Source of the DNA: Eledone cirrhosa
Taxonomy: Eukaryota
Direction: 5' to 3'
DNA length: 64,000 nt
NCBI GenBank assembly: GCA_964016885.1
Contig: OZ024742.1
Location: 157,356,001 to 157,420,000 of the forward strand
Of the stretch, positions 28,698-43,622 are shown piece after piece. A model generated the notes under the pieces. It did not search any database and was not told where the DNA came from. It worked only from the letters and a program-made list of their open reading frames with translations. Numbering within the stretch: the stretch's first letter is position 1; every line of letters begins with the position of its first letter. A program made the translations under genes and the position numbers.

Positions 28698-29397
28698 CTA
28701 TTGGAAAAGAATACGAATTCATGACCAAGGTGTGACAAAATAGGCGTCTATACAGCGCTTGAAACAAACTTGTCCAAAACCCTAGGATTTTTCTCGTTAA
28801 GTATCCACCCAAAAGGAACCGTTTTTTAGTTACAAAAAATAACCAAAGTGTATAGTAGCTATATTTCTGACATATCATGCCAAAAAGAACAATATATTCA
28901 AAAAATGTTCTAAAGTACATTCAATCTCTCTTTTTGACCGATATCTTAATAAGCAAGTTATCGATTGTTTATTGGCTGTCAGTGTCTATCTGCATGCAGG
29001 TGTGCACGTGTGCGCAATTAATTACAAAATACGCTCATAACATTTAGTCGTAAGCAGAACAAAAAATGCCATTAGAGGTGGGCTAATAATGAAGACATAA
29101 ACTCTGGTGAACTTACGTTTAAACACCCGAAAAGTTACTCACTTCCTGTGCAAAAGACTGTATTATAAATTAAGTATTTTTTTAGAATCTTTTGTTTAAA
29201 AAAGGAAAACATTGGTACGACGTAAATTTTTTTATTTGTATTGTATGTGTACGACACAACTTGGTCAACGTATTATTTAGTAATTTTTTTTTCAAGAATC
29301 ATGATTATTTAAGACTGTTTGAAAATTTACTCACAGCTTTTAGGTTCACAAAAGACACCATTAGTATTTTCAGATGTTCAAGTCCTTTAATAATAAT

Positions 29398-29471
29398 GCT
29401 GTGATATATATTTCAATGACGACGCTGGCCACACTGTTCTGTGTGTGAGTGTCGTGACATCATCAGACAGC
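29398..29471 (-). ncRNA. Type I hammerhead, family C
   Basis: Reverse complement of the 31835-31908 motif. Confidence 0.78.
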
Positions 29472-30562
29472 TTGTTACATAATAATTGTTTACCCTAATA
29501 ATTAAGCTCCGATTAGTTGAGCGCTCTATGATGTAACCGATATGGTGGAGAAGAGAGGAACCAACCAAGAGCTACCCCGGAAATCCCCTCTACCATGGGC
29601 ATGAAAAACCCATGACACTGGACGGGCGTAATAGTATCTTTCGGCAGGATAAATACGCGGAAACAAAAAATAAGATAAACCCCTATTTTCCTGCACCAAA
29701 TCGCTTCTGAACGTCTATTCAATCTATACATGGACAGATGGACAATCATATGGATCATTTTACATATATGTACTCTGTGTTTTTGCATTTATTCACTATT
29801 GTCTCCGTTTTTTCTTTTCTTTTGTGTACTTTTTGTCTGTTTTTCTTTGACTCTGTTCCATGTGATGGAAAGTATGACCGTGTAGCGGATTGACTAATGC
29901 CTTGAACCATGTGGTTTGCCCTCCGTTATAAGGTCCGGCACTGCCGTTCAATATCTGTAACACTAGAATCCCTCCCAGAACAGCTTACTTAAACATCTCT
30001 CTCCATATTATTTACTCACTTCAATGTATATCTTTACTTAATCCGAATTATCACTTGAAAAACATTTTTGAATTCAGAATTTTTGAATTCATTATTGTTT
30101 AATTTATAATCTCTGATATTTAATTTAAGATTTTAACCTTTAATTTTAATTTTTGTTCCCAACTCTCACTCTTAACTTACTATGTAAAACCATAGTACCT
30201 AGAATTAAGTTTATTTTACCTTATGAGTTGATGGTCAGTCTTACTGTCAACGCTTAGTGAAAGGTAGTATTATGACCTATAAAAACTAACACCCTCCCAT
30301 CCCCTCTGGCTTTCGGCTGACTGCCACACTAGCGATGGGTAGTAGTAAATTTTGGCAAGGCATAGATGGGCCACTGACAGCGAATTTCGTTGAAATCTGC
30401 GGTGCTAATGGTCAACTTCCTTCGGACATGCGCTTGCGCACACCGGTGGGGGTGAATTGGTACTCACAAGGGAACGGATGAAAAACCCAAAAGCACGAAC
30501 TTCATCCGTTCCCATGTCGATTCAATTTGGATTACCTCGGAAATAACCTTATTATGTAACAA

Positions 30563-30636
30563 GCTGTCTGATGATGTCACGACACTCGCACACAGAACAG
30601 TGTGGCCAGTTTCGTCATTGAAATATATATCACAGC
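30563..30636 (+). ncRNA. Type I hammerhead, family C
   Basis: GCUGU CUGAUGA [long helix II] GAA AUAUAUAU C^ ACAGC. Confidence 0.8.
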
Positions 30637-31834
30637 ATTATTATTAAAGGACTTGAACGTCTGAAACTACTTCGCTTTTATTATTCGATATTTACTCCGT
30701 CACTCCTATGTGGAAAAAGTACGTTGAGTGCTTGAATTGAATTGCATCACTGTTTACCCTAATAATTAAGCTTCGATTAGTTGAGCGCTCTATGATGTAA
30801 CCGATATGGTGGAGTAGAGAGGAACCAACCAAGAGCTACCCCGGAAATCCCCTCTATCATGGGGATGAAAAACCCATGACACTGGACGGGCGTAACAGTA
30901 TCTTTCGGCAGGATAAATACGCGGAAACAAAAAATAAGATAAACCCCTATTTTCCTGCACCAAATCGCTTCTGAACAGAGGCCCCCTCAATTCAATCTAT
31001 ACATGGACAGATGGACAATCATATGGATCATTTTACATATATGTACTCTGTGTTTTTGCATTTATTCACTATTGTCTCCGTTTTTTCTTTTCTTTTGTGT
31101 ACATTTTGTCTGTTTTTCTTTGACTCTGTTCCATTGATGGAAAGTATGACCGTGTAGTGGATTGACTAATGCCTTGAACCATGTGGTTTGCCCTCCGTTA
31201 TAAGGTCCGGCACTGCCGTTCAATATCTGTAACACTAGAATCCCTCCCAGAACAGCTTACTTAAACATCTCTCTCCATATTATTTACTCACTTCAATGTA
31301 TATCTTTACTTAATCCGAATTATCACTTGAAACAAATTTTTTAATTCAGAATTTTTGAATTCTTTATTGTTTAATTTATAATCTCTGATATTTGATTTAG
31401 GATTTTAACCTTTAATTTTAATTTTTATTCCCAACTCTCACTCTTAACTTACTATGTAAAACCATAGTACCTAGAATTAAGTTTATTTTACCTTATGAGT
31501 TGATGGTCAGTCTTACTGTCAACGCTTAGTGAAAGGTAGTATTATGACCTATAAAAACTAACACCCTCCCATCCCCTCTGGCTTTCGGCTGACTGCCACA
31601 CTAGCGATGGGTAGCAGTAAATTTTGGCAAGGCATAGGTGGGCCACTGACAGCGAATTTCGTTGAAATCTGCGGTGCTAATGGTCAACTTCCTTCGGACA
31701 TGCGCTTGCGCAGACCGGTGGGGGTGAATTGGTACTCACAAGGGAACGGATGAAAAACCCAAAAGCACGAACTTCATCCGTTCCCATGTCGATTCAATTT
31801 GGATTGCCTCGGAAACAACCTTATTATATAACAA

Positions 31835-31908
31835 GCTGTCTGATGATGTCACGACACTCACACGCAGAACAGTGTGGCCAGTGTCGTCATTGAAATATAT
31901 ATCACAGC
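31835..31908 (+). ncRNA. Type I hammerhead, family C
   Basis: Helix I GCUGU/ACAGC; helix II ACGACACU/AGUGUCGU; palindromic helix III AUAUAUAU; AUC cleavage triplet. Confidence 0.82.
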
Positions 31909-32034
31909 ATTATTATTAAAGGACTTGAACATCTGAAACTACTTCGCTTTTACTTATTCGATATTTACTCCGTCACTCATATGTGGATAAAGTACGTTGA
32001 GTGCTTGAATTGAATTGCATCAATATTTACCCTA

Positions 32035-32093
<59 letters not shown>

Positions 32094-32229
32094 TGTGTGT
32101 TGGTGTAGACTTGAGTGTGAGAGTTTGGGGATGAACGAGGTTCCATGTTCGGGTAGTAGGAAAACCAGTGTGTGTATATATATATAGTTATATAGTTATA
32201 TACATATATACATATATACATATATATAT

Positions 32230-32290
<61 letters not shown>

Positions 32291-32906
32291 TAAAAGGAAT
32301 TCCAACTTTGTCTGATTTACTCGTTTTATTTACAACCCTTTAAAATGTATAATGGTATTAGAATGAAATAGTATGGTAGAATATTAAATGTTAAGTGTTA
32401 ATTGAACAAGTATGTTCATGCTTTCGCAATCTTCATGTTAATATTGTGTGGTGACAGTCAAGTTTGCAATTTTTAACTGTAATGAGATGAGTAAATGTTG
32501 TGCCTTATATACAGTGAAAAGTGGCTACAGAATGCTAAATCTTGCAAACTGTATTTCGACCATTCGGTGTGTAGTTACACTGGATTACTAAAGATGATTG
32601 GTTTAGGCGTCACGGTTGGTTGAGCATGTCTAACGACTACTATTTGACCCTATTCAAACCATCAGTTGTTTTGCTATATATATATATATCACAGAAACAA
32701 AAGAATCAGTGTTGCGACGAATGGAATTTATTGGACATATTACAATCGTTTCACTGGCGACCATCGCGAGGCACGATCGATGTGATGATCGATCCTGCCT
32801 CTGAAATTCGTAAGGTCCTCAGATACGTCTTGATTCTACGAAGCTCTATCAGAACATCGAATGCTGAAACGGTCTACCGCATACGGACGTTTAAGCATCT
32901 AACACT

Positions 32907-32952
<46 letters not shown>

Positions 32953-33098
32953 GATTTTTAACCAATACCGAACATGGATAGACATCACTTGGATTACTCC
33001 ATCAAGAATAACCCCACACCTTCTAACGCTTCCTACACTAAAACGTAGGTCTTATTCGGAAAATCTCTGGTAATGTGGTAATTATATTGTATTGTTTA

Positions 33099-34046
33099 CT
33101 AGCAGTAAAGCCCGGCGTTGCTCGGGGTCGCTCAGTAGCTGTGTTAAAGTTTCAATGTTAAGTTTCTTTATTGGCTTAAAAACTGTAGTGTCTACTGTGC
33201 AGACTTGCATATGGTGTTTTTGATTAATATTCCCTCAACCAACAATATGCCTTATGAAGTTAAGAAAACATAACGATAACCCGAATGTTATAACAAGAGA
33301 GGATGCTGGGGATAAAAACTACACTGGTTATTTATTAACAAAGATCGAAAATGTAAACACTGCAACGCAGAGAAAAACATTAGCGTAACCAAATTATCAG
33401 TTATGTCTGTCTGCACGCCTATATCACCTCTCTGCACGACTGTCTGTCTGTACACGTATATCACCTCTATGCACGACTGTCTGTCTGCACACGTATATCA
33501 CCTCTATGCACGACTGTCTGTCTGCACGCCTAACGAAATTTACAGATACATATATTTTAAATAAACTTATATAATTTTTGCTTTTTTTTACGAAATATTT
33601 GCTTGTTTAACGTAGTCTTTAAATAGACTTGTTTTCAAGTAAAAATATTGTTTTAAAATGCTTTTCAATGGAAATGAAGCAACACGGAAGCTTAGTGTTC
33701 GAACTGATGAATTTTGCAGGTCAATATTTTGCTGGCTCGACAACTGTTCGTGTATTGTGTTAATGTCATTTTAAACGCTGAGAAAGCCAGCGTAATTTTT
33801 TACGTAAGACGCTCAATGTAAACAGAACAAAGGGAAATAACTGATAACTTACGCTCAAAAATCGATACATTATATTCGATTTCGTCACATAGGGTGGGTC
33901 AATTTGAAATTTTTTTTTCCGATCTCTTCGCTAGGGCTCAATGTACAAGTATAGCAATTTCGGTGCAATTCCGTCAGAGATTCTAAGAGGAGATGTGTGC
34001 CAAAAATCGATAGACAGACAGACAACCACAGTTTTATATATATAGA
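33099..34046 (-). mobile_element. Non-autonomous Helitron, copy 1
   Basis: Minus strand starts TC (tctatatatataaaac), ends with hairpin cccgagcaacgccggg then CTAG, inserted between A and T; internal ~33-bp tandem repeats at ~33405-33530. Confidence 0.85.
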
Positions 34047-37000
34047 TTACATCATAACTTACACACGCACATACACCTATATATATTATTACATCTTAAC
34101 TTACACACACATACACCAATATATACTATTACATCTTAAGTTACACACACACATACACCTATATATATTATTACGTCTTAACTTACACACACACATACAC
34201 CTATATATGTTATTACATCTTAACTTGCACACACACATACACCTATATATATTATTACATCTTAACTTACACACACATACACCTATATATACTATTACAT
34301 CTTAACTTACACACACACATACACCTATATATATTATTACATCTTAACTTACACACACATACACCTATATATATTATTATATCTTAACTTACACACACAC
34401 ATACACCTATATATACTATTACATCGTAACTTACACACACATGCACCTATATATACTATTACATCTTAACTTACACACACATACACCTATATATATACTA
34501 TTACATCTTAACTTACACACACACACATACACCTATATATATTATTACATCTTAACTTACACACACACATACACCTATATGTATTATTACATCTTAACTT
34601 ACACACACATACACCTATATATATTATTACATCTTAACTTACACACACACATACACCTATATATACTATTACATCTTAACTTACACACACATGCACCTAT
34701 ATATACTATTACATCTTAACTTACACACGCATACACCTATATATACTATTACATCTTAACTTACACACACATACACCTATATATACTATTACATCTTAAC
34801 TTACACACGCATACACCTATATATACTATTGCATCTTAACTTACACACGCATACACCTATATATACTATTACATCTTAACTTACACACGCATACACCTAT
34901 ATATACTATTACATCTTAACTTACACACACATGCACCTATATATACTATTACATCTTAACTTACACACGCATACACCTATATATACTATTACATCTTAAC
35001 TTACACACGCATACACCTATATATACTATTACATCTTAACTTACACACACACACATACACCTATATATATTATTACATCTTAACTTACACACACATACAC
35101 CTATATATATTATTACATCTTAACTTACACACACATACACCTATATATACTATTAAATCTTAACTTACACACACACATACACCTATATATAGTATTACAT
35201 CTTAACTTACACACACACATACACATATATATATTATTACATCTTAACTTACACACACATACACCTATATATACTATTACATCTTAACTTACACACACAC
35301 ACATACACCTATATATATTATTACATCTTAACTTACACACACATAAACCTATATATACTATTACATCTTAACTTACACACACACACATACACCTATATAT
35401 ATTATTACATCTTAACTTACACACACACATACACCTATATATAGTATTACATCTTAACTTACACACACACATACACCTATATATATTATTACATCTTAAC
35501 TTACACACACATACACCTATATATACTATTACATCTTAACTTACACACACACACATACACCTATATATATTATTACATCTTAACTTACACACACATACAC
35601 CTATATATACTATTAAATCTTAACTTACACACACACATACACCTATATATAGTATTACATCTTAACTTACACACACACATACACCTATATATATTATTAC
35701 ATCTTAACTTACACACACACATACACCTATATATAGTATTACATCTTAACTTACACACACACACATACACCTATATATATTATTACATCTTAACTTACAC
35801 ACACACATACACCTATATATAGTATTACATCTTAACTTACACACACACATACACCTATATATATTATTACATCTTAACTTACACACACATACACCTATAT
35901 ATACTATTACATCTTAACTTACACACACACACATACACCTATATATATTATTACATCTTAACTTACACACACACATACTCCTACATATATTATTACATCT
36001 TAACTTACACACACATACACCTATATATACTATTACATCTTAACTTTCACACACACATACACCTATATATATTATTACATCTTAACTTACACACACATAC
36101 ACCTATATATACTATTACATCTTAACTTACACACACACATACACCTATATATATTATTACATCTTAACTTACACACACATACACCTATATATACTATTAA
36201 ATCTTAACTTACACACACATACACCTATATATACTATTACATCTTAACTTACACACACACATACACCTATATATATTATTACATCTTAACTTACACACAC
36301 ATACACCTATATATAGTATTACATCTTAACTTACACACACACATACACCTATATATATTATTACATCTTAACTTACACACACACATACACCTATATATAT
36401 TATTACATCTTAACTTACACACACATACACCTATATATACTATTACATCTTAACTTACACACACATACACCTATATATACTATTACATCTTAACTTACAC
36501 ACACACATACACCTATATATATTATTACATCTTAACTTACACACACATACACCTATATATACTATTACATCTTAACTTACACACACACATACACCTATAT
36601 ATATTATTACATCTTAACTTACACACACATACACCTATATATACTATTATATCTTAACTTACACACACACATTCACCTATATATATTATTACATCTTAAC
36701 TTACACACACACACACACCTATATATACTATCACATCTTAACTTACACACACATACACCTATATATACTATTACATCTTAACATACACACACACATACAC
36801 CTATATATACTATTACATCTTAACTTACACACACACATACACCTATATATACTATTACATCTTAACTTACACACACACATACACCTATATATACTATTAC
36901 ATCTTAACTTACACACACACATACACCTATATATATTATTACATCTTAACTTACACACACACATACACCTATATATATTATTACATCTTAACTTACACAC

Positions 37001-37182
37001 ACATACACCTATATATACTATTACATCTTAACTTACACACACACATACACCTATATATACTATTACGTCTTCACTTACACACACACATACACCTATATAT
37101 ATTATTACATCTTAACTTACACACACATACACCTATATATACTATTACATCTTAACTTACACACATACACCTATATATATTA
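34047..37182. repeat. Minisatellite, ~40-44-bp unit, ~3.1 kb
   Basis: Unit ttacatcttaactta(ca)n-tacacctatatata(t/c/ta-g)ta repeated about 75 times. Confidence 0.97.
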
Positions 37183-38059
37183 CTAGCAGTAAAGCCCGGC
37201 GTTGCTCGGGGTCGCTCAGTAGCTGTGTTAAAGTTACAATGTTAAGTTTCTTTCTTGGCTTAAAAACTGTAGTGTCTACTGTGCAGACTTGCATGTGGTG
37301 TTTTTGATTAATATTCCCTCAACCAACAATATGCCTTATGAAGTTAAGAAAACATAACGATAACCCGAATGTTATAACAAAAGAGGATGCTGGGGATAGA
37401 AACTGCACTGGTTATTTATTAACAAAGATCGAAAATGTAAACACTGCAACGCAGAGAAAAACATTAGCGTAACCAAATTATCATTTATCTCTGTCTGCAC
37501 GCCTATATCACCTCTCTGCACGACTGTCTGTCTGCACGCCTATATCACCTCTCTGCACGACTGTCTGTCTGCACGACTGTCTGTCTGCACGCCTAACGAC
37601 GAAATATTTGCTTGTTTTACGTAGTCTTTAAATAGACTTGTTTTCAAGTAAAAATATTGTTTTAAAATGCTTTTAAATGGAAATGAAGCAAAACGGAAGC
37701 TTAGTGTTCGAACTGATGAATTTTGCAGGTCAATATTTTGCTGGCTCGACAACTGTCTGTTCGTGTATTGTGTTAATGTCATTTTAAACGCTGAGAAAGC
37801 CAGCGTAATTTTTTACGTAAGACGCTCAATGTAAACAGAACAAAGGGAAATAACTGATAACTTACGCTCAAAAATCGATACATTATATTCGATTTCGTCA
37901 CATAGGTGGGTCAATTTGAAATTTTTTTTTTCCGATGTCTTCGCTAGTGCACAATGTACAAGTATAGCAATTTCGGTGCAATTCCGTGAGAGATTCTAAG
38001 AGGAGATGTGTGCCGAAAATCGATAGACAGACAGACAACCACAGTTTTATATATATAGA
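37183..38059 (-). mobile_element. Non-autonomous Helitron, copy 2
   Basis: Highly similar to 33099-34046 with the same termini and internal indels. Confidence 0.85.
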
Positions 38060-38065
38060 TTATAC

Positions 38066-38102
<37 letters not shown>

Positions 38103-38108
38103 TATCCA

Positions 38109-38201
<93 letters not shown>

Positions 38202-39207
38202 GTGTGTGTGTGTGTGTGCGTGTGTGTGTGTGTGTATGAGTCTGTGTGTGTGTGCGTGTGTGTGTGTGTGTGTGTATGTGTGTGTAATTGGGTTTAGTGC
38301 ATATTAACTTCAAGTAATTTGATTTTTTGATACAGGGGATGTCCAACGGTATGGATGTTATATATTTCGCCGGCTGGCGGATGTGTGGCTCTGCGAACTA
38401 TCGTGGATGTGCCGGTCAGTCGTAGTCCCACGACACTATCACGGGATGTTTAGAGTAGCAAGTCATCGCCGTAGTATTGAAATCAGCTGGTAGACAGTCA
38501 CACACGCCTCCTTGACGGTTAGAGGTTGTCATGGTAGTAGCGGTAGTCATCACTTCCCAACCCCTTTTACATATCAAAGGCATGTATTGAGTTAGAAACT
38601 CAAAATAGTCTCATTACAGTGAAATTAGCTCTAGGAAAAATGTTTTTCCGAGCCGTAAGCGATTCTGGTCCACTACGATTTGAAACATATATGTATATGT
38701 CTGTGTTCGTTTTTCTTTTGTGTTCAGTTATACTATATATATATACATATATATATAATTCTAATTATAACAAACATTTTAACAGTGAAAATAAAGTGGT
38801 TGGGAAGGGTGTATAGGTCCGTGTGGGTGGTGTTGGGAAAGCAACGGCGTGGTAGTGTGTATAGGGGTGTGGGAATTTGAGATGGGAGAGAAATGGAAAG
38901 CAAGATAATTAGATGCCGGGTTGAGATGGCGGAAGGTGAGGTGTGGGTCTATGTGTAGATGTGAGTATGTGTGTGTGTGTATGTGTGGATATAATTATGA
39001 GAGTCTGAAAGAAAGCGACTGTATGTGAACGTAGGTTCTGAAAAGACATCGAGTGTGTGTCGAGGGAAATGGTGTATATGTATCTGTGTGTGTGTTACTG
39101 TATGGTTATTGGTGTGTGTGTGGTGTGTGTGGATAGAGGGAGCCGGATGGGATGAGAACGTTTCGAATCCGGAGGCGGTGTGGGGTGATGTGTGGGTGTA
39201 TGTGTAG

Positions 39208-39241
<34 letters not shown>

Positions 39242-39894
39242 ATGGATGAAAAGAAGTGAATGTGTGTGAGAGCGTATTTGGATAGCAGGTACAGAGGCGT
39301 GCGTGCAATGTATATGGGTGATGTGGATTAATGTAAGGTGCGTAGTTGCGTGTGTGGAAAGGGGGCAAATGTATGGGTGTGTCTATGGTTCTGTATGGTT
39401 GTTGGTGCGTGTGTGTGTGTGGGGGGGGGTGAGTGTGTGTGTGTGTGTGTGTGAGTGTGTGGATAGTAAAAGTTCGTGGGTAGGTGAGGTAGATGATATC
39501 GTGCGGTATAGTCCAACAGAGCGAGATAAAGTTGGCATTGTGGAAGTGAAATGGCAGTGTGGTGCGCAAAACCGGAAGTAGTGGGCAAGTCAAAAGTATG
39601 GGGAGAGGGTGATTATGGCCGGAAAAGTGTGTGAAGGGGGGGGGGGGGGGGGGCAAGGTAGGTGAGAGCGATTGTGCTACTATGTGTGCGTGAGAGGTAG
39701 CTGGCTGTGTAGAGAGGTAACTATGTGTGGGCGGAGGAGTTTGAGAGTAGCGTGTGTATATGTATGTGTGTATGGAGTTATGTGTTATATGTGTGTAGAA
39801 AGTGTAGTGGACATGCGAGAAGATATTGTCGGTGTGTGAGGGAGGGTTCTGTCAAGTGCTGCGTTGATGTGTACATACGCGTATTTGGATGTAT

Positions 39895-39955
<61 letters not shown>

Positions 39956-41116
39956 CAGAGTGTATGTGCGTGTGTGTTTTTTTGTGTTGTACAAATGGAA
40001 AGGACTGAAGCAAGGGTGGCGTAGGAGACGTTGGTGGAGGTATGTGCTGGTGAGTTAATGGATTAGACGGGGACGGTGTGGGGGAAAAGAGGTGTGTATG
40101 GTGGGGTGGAGGCAAGAGGAGGTGTCGTAGGTGGGTTAGGGATTGTAACTGCCAGTGAATGTAGGTTCAACAGAGTGAGCAATCGATGCTCCAGTAGATA
40201 TATTGGTGTTCTAATAAGAAGAGAATTATACTGATATTAAAAACGACGAAGTGCTAGGTCTTCATTACGTTTCTTGAGGTGTGACACAGTTTTCGTGATC
40301 GATCAGCTCAAGGTTCTATCTGTATCAATCCTTACTCGACTTTGGAATCAAAAGCTCGTCGGACTTCTGTTATGGTAATGACAGGGTGAATCACTTAAGG
40401 CTTTGAAACATATATATATATATGTATGTGAGTGCGTGCGTGTCTGTGTGTGTATGTGTGTGTGCGCGTGCGTATTTGTGTGTGTGTGTGAAATAATGTC
40501 TACACCAAACTCCTTTTTACAGGAATTCATGAAAACATTAACGATAATTCTTCAATTGCATCCTCCTACCAGACACATTATATATTCAAATATGTCCTTC
40601 AAAACTTAACTCAATATTTCCAATGCAACAACAAGCAACCTGCTCTTTATAGTGGAAACATCCGATAACCATCAGCTAAAGATGTAAGTGAATTTAAAAT
40701 GATATAAATAGAACTTACAATTTTGCAAATAAATATATAATAGTATAGTCTTATAAAAGGTTGATATTTATCCAATATTTAATGACTTATATAATATTAT
40801 AAATATCGGTGTTCGCTTATTATATCAAAGCTCGTAGAGGAATAACAGCATACATTTTTCTATTTTCCAATATACACCTGAAAGATATTGGCATTCGAAG
40901 ATCATGTAACAACGATTCGAGAAAAAATATAAAGCATATAAATATAAATATAAACAAGAATTAGATACTGGTTCTGCATCGATTTATATCGGTATTATAC
41001 ATCATAAATATATGCATATAGAGGTGCGTACGTGTGAGATATAAATGCTGTTATAAGAAACATAAACTCGGTGAAATATAATATACATAATCCCACATAT
41101 GTGTTTGTTGTCTGTG

Positions 41117-41172
<56 letters not shown>

Positions 41173-41181
41173 AGTGTGTGT

Positions 41182-41230
<49 letters not shown>

Positions 41231-41235
41231 TGTGT

Positions 41236-41326
<91 letters not shown>

Positions 41327-41854
41327 TAGTTGTGTCTGGTTGTGTATGCGTCTTAAACCTTTGAAGCGCAACCTGTGGTTCAAGTGTATGGATTTGGAGT
41401 TTAAGTGCACTTGTCAAACGCTTAGCCGTTTGATATAAATATTTCCTTAAGCACATTAATTGCGGCTTTCGAAACACTGGTTTAGATACATTCATATAAT
41501 AAGAATTATACCCTTCTACGTAAGTATTGAATTTTCGTTTACCAGCATAAACAACGAAACCTGTACGCAGAAAGACATACACATGACTATGATGCAACAC
41601 CTATAGACAAGCATAAAATGCAAAAAAAAAAAAAATATATATATATATATATATAAGAACGGATGCATATATCTGTTTTACAAACAGATATTTTTACTAT
41701 TAAAACATATTATTAAGCATTCTTTGGGACAATTAAGCAAAAAATACTCACTTTCGACGTTGAAGCGCTCATCGATCGCTTCCGCACCAAATTAATTCTT
41801 ATAATGCTTAATATATAATCACATATATTCTTCTAAATATTATTTAAAATGTTA

Positions 41855-42024
41855 ATAATTGTTTCTACTTTTTGGCACAAGGCCAGCAATTATCCAGTAC
41901 ATTACTGGTACTTTATTTTAACGACCCCGTAAGGATGAAAGGCAAAGTTAACCTCGGCGGGATTTGAACTCAGAATGTCAAGGGCCGTAACTCAATGCGT
42001 CAAAGCATGGCGTCCGATCCCCTA
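41855..42024 (-). mobile_element. SINE, near full length
   Basis: Reverse complement of 11206-11397. Confidence 0.82.
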
Positions 42025-42425
42025 CCGATACTGCCAATCCACTGTTAATAATGTTTTATTACACACACACACTCATATGTATATATATATATATGTATGT
42101 ATATATGTGGGAGGGCATGTGTTGTGTGTGTGTGTATGTGCATATCAGTATGAGTGTATAACTTTCACACTCACACGATGTTTGTATTTGTTTGTGTGTA
42201 TCTGTATCTGCATTATTTTATGGCTCTTTAATTAATTCGATACAATTGTATCGATACTATTAGTAAGAACATTGACGAAAATCCCTTCATCACTAATTGA
42301 TAATCGAGAAATAGGTAGAGAGCGAGAGAGAGATGTGTGATCTCATAACATAAATACTTGGCATGTATATGTTTCTTAGCAGCAAAGCTCAATGGATGTT
42401 GCTTCTGAGCATAAATAACTGAAAT

Positions 42426-42666
<241 letters not shown>

Positions 42667-42734
42667 GAAGTAATTCCGCCGGAAAAGTCCAGGAAAAAAG
42701 AGTGCTCTATGTAGGTAACAGAGCTTAATAGTTA

Positions 42735-43440
42735 TGTAATAAACAACATTAGGCAATTATTTCCTTTACCAGTGGTTTCTTAAAAGCAAAACAAATTTGC
42801 TTTCAATCATCAGAATGAAAAAATCATGGTGTATTTATTGGCGCTGGATTTTAAAAACAAAAATATAATCTATATGAAAGTGAGGCTGGAAAAGGAAGAA
42901 GAAAAGGAAAAATAAAAACACACATGCAAACACACACACACACACACACAATTATATACATACACACATATATATATATATATATACACACATACATACA
43001 CACACATATATACACACACATATGTGTATGTATATACACATACATATACACATACATACATACACACATATACATATATATACACACATACATATATACA
43101 TATATATATACACATACATATACATACATATATACATACACATACATACATACATACACACACACAATCGTACGTATATATACACACGTACATACAAACA
43201 TATACATACACACATATATACACGCATACATACGCAAGCACAAATATAGAAATATGTACACACACCTACATACTCACACACAAATAAATATAAGAAAAAA
43301 TATATAATAATAAAAAAATAAAAATGAATATAAGGAGTATTATCATACAGGCAGAAATACAACAGAAGTATATAATATACAATTATATATACATATACAT
43401 ATACATACAGATAGATAGAAACATACATACACACACATAT
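42735..43440 (-). repeat. Left arm of long-range inverted repeat (PLE pseudo-LTR-like)
   Basis: Reverse complement matches 59280-60040 and 56640-56720. Confidence 0.8.
42760..42820 (-). ncRNA. Type I hammerhead, family D
   Basis: Minus: UUUCAUU CUGAUGA UUGAAAGCAAA..UUUGCUUUUAA GAA ACC ACU GGU A^ AAGGAAA. Confidence 0.82.
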
Positions 43441-43478
43441 ATATATACACATATACATATACACATATATACATACAC

Positions 43479-43562
<84 letters not shown>

Positions 43563-43622
43563 TGAAACAAAATGAAAACGAAATTTCATTTCTCACTCTT
43601 AGTATGGCACTTACTTATTTTC

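Larger units (their letters stand above)
29367..32035 (+). mobile_element. Non-coding tandem dimer of a ~1.27-kb HHR-bearing unit, preceded by a short inverted copy
   Basis: Unit start tttaccctaata at ~29489, ~30753 and ~32026; 29367-29485 is the reverse complement of the unit's HHR region; right end in (TA)n. Confidence 0.85.

Noticed and set aside
30360-30470. HDV-like or twister ribozyme within the 1.27-kb unit
   Set aside because: Could not assemble the required nested pairings by eye.
33700-33725. ctgatga inside the Helitron (also ~37713)
   Set aside because: No helix II, GAAA or helix I partner.
34047-37182. CRISPR-like periodic array
   Set aside because: Units are contiguous with no unique spacers; ordinary minisatellite in eukaryotic context.
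38440-38500. gaaatcagctggta palindromic helix III-like motif
   Set aside because: No recognisable CUGANGA upstream.
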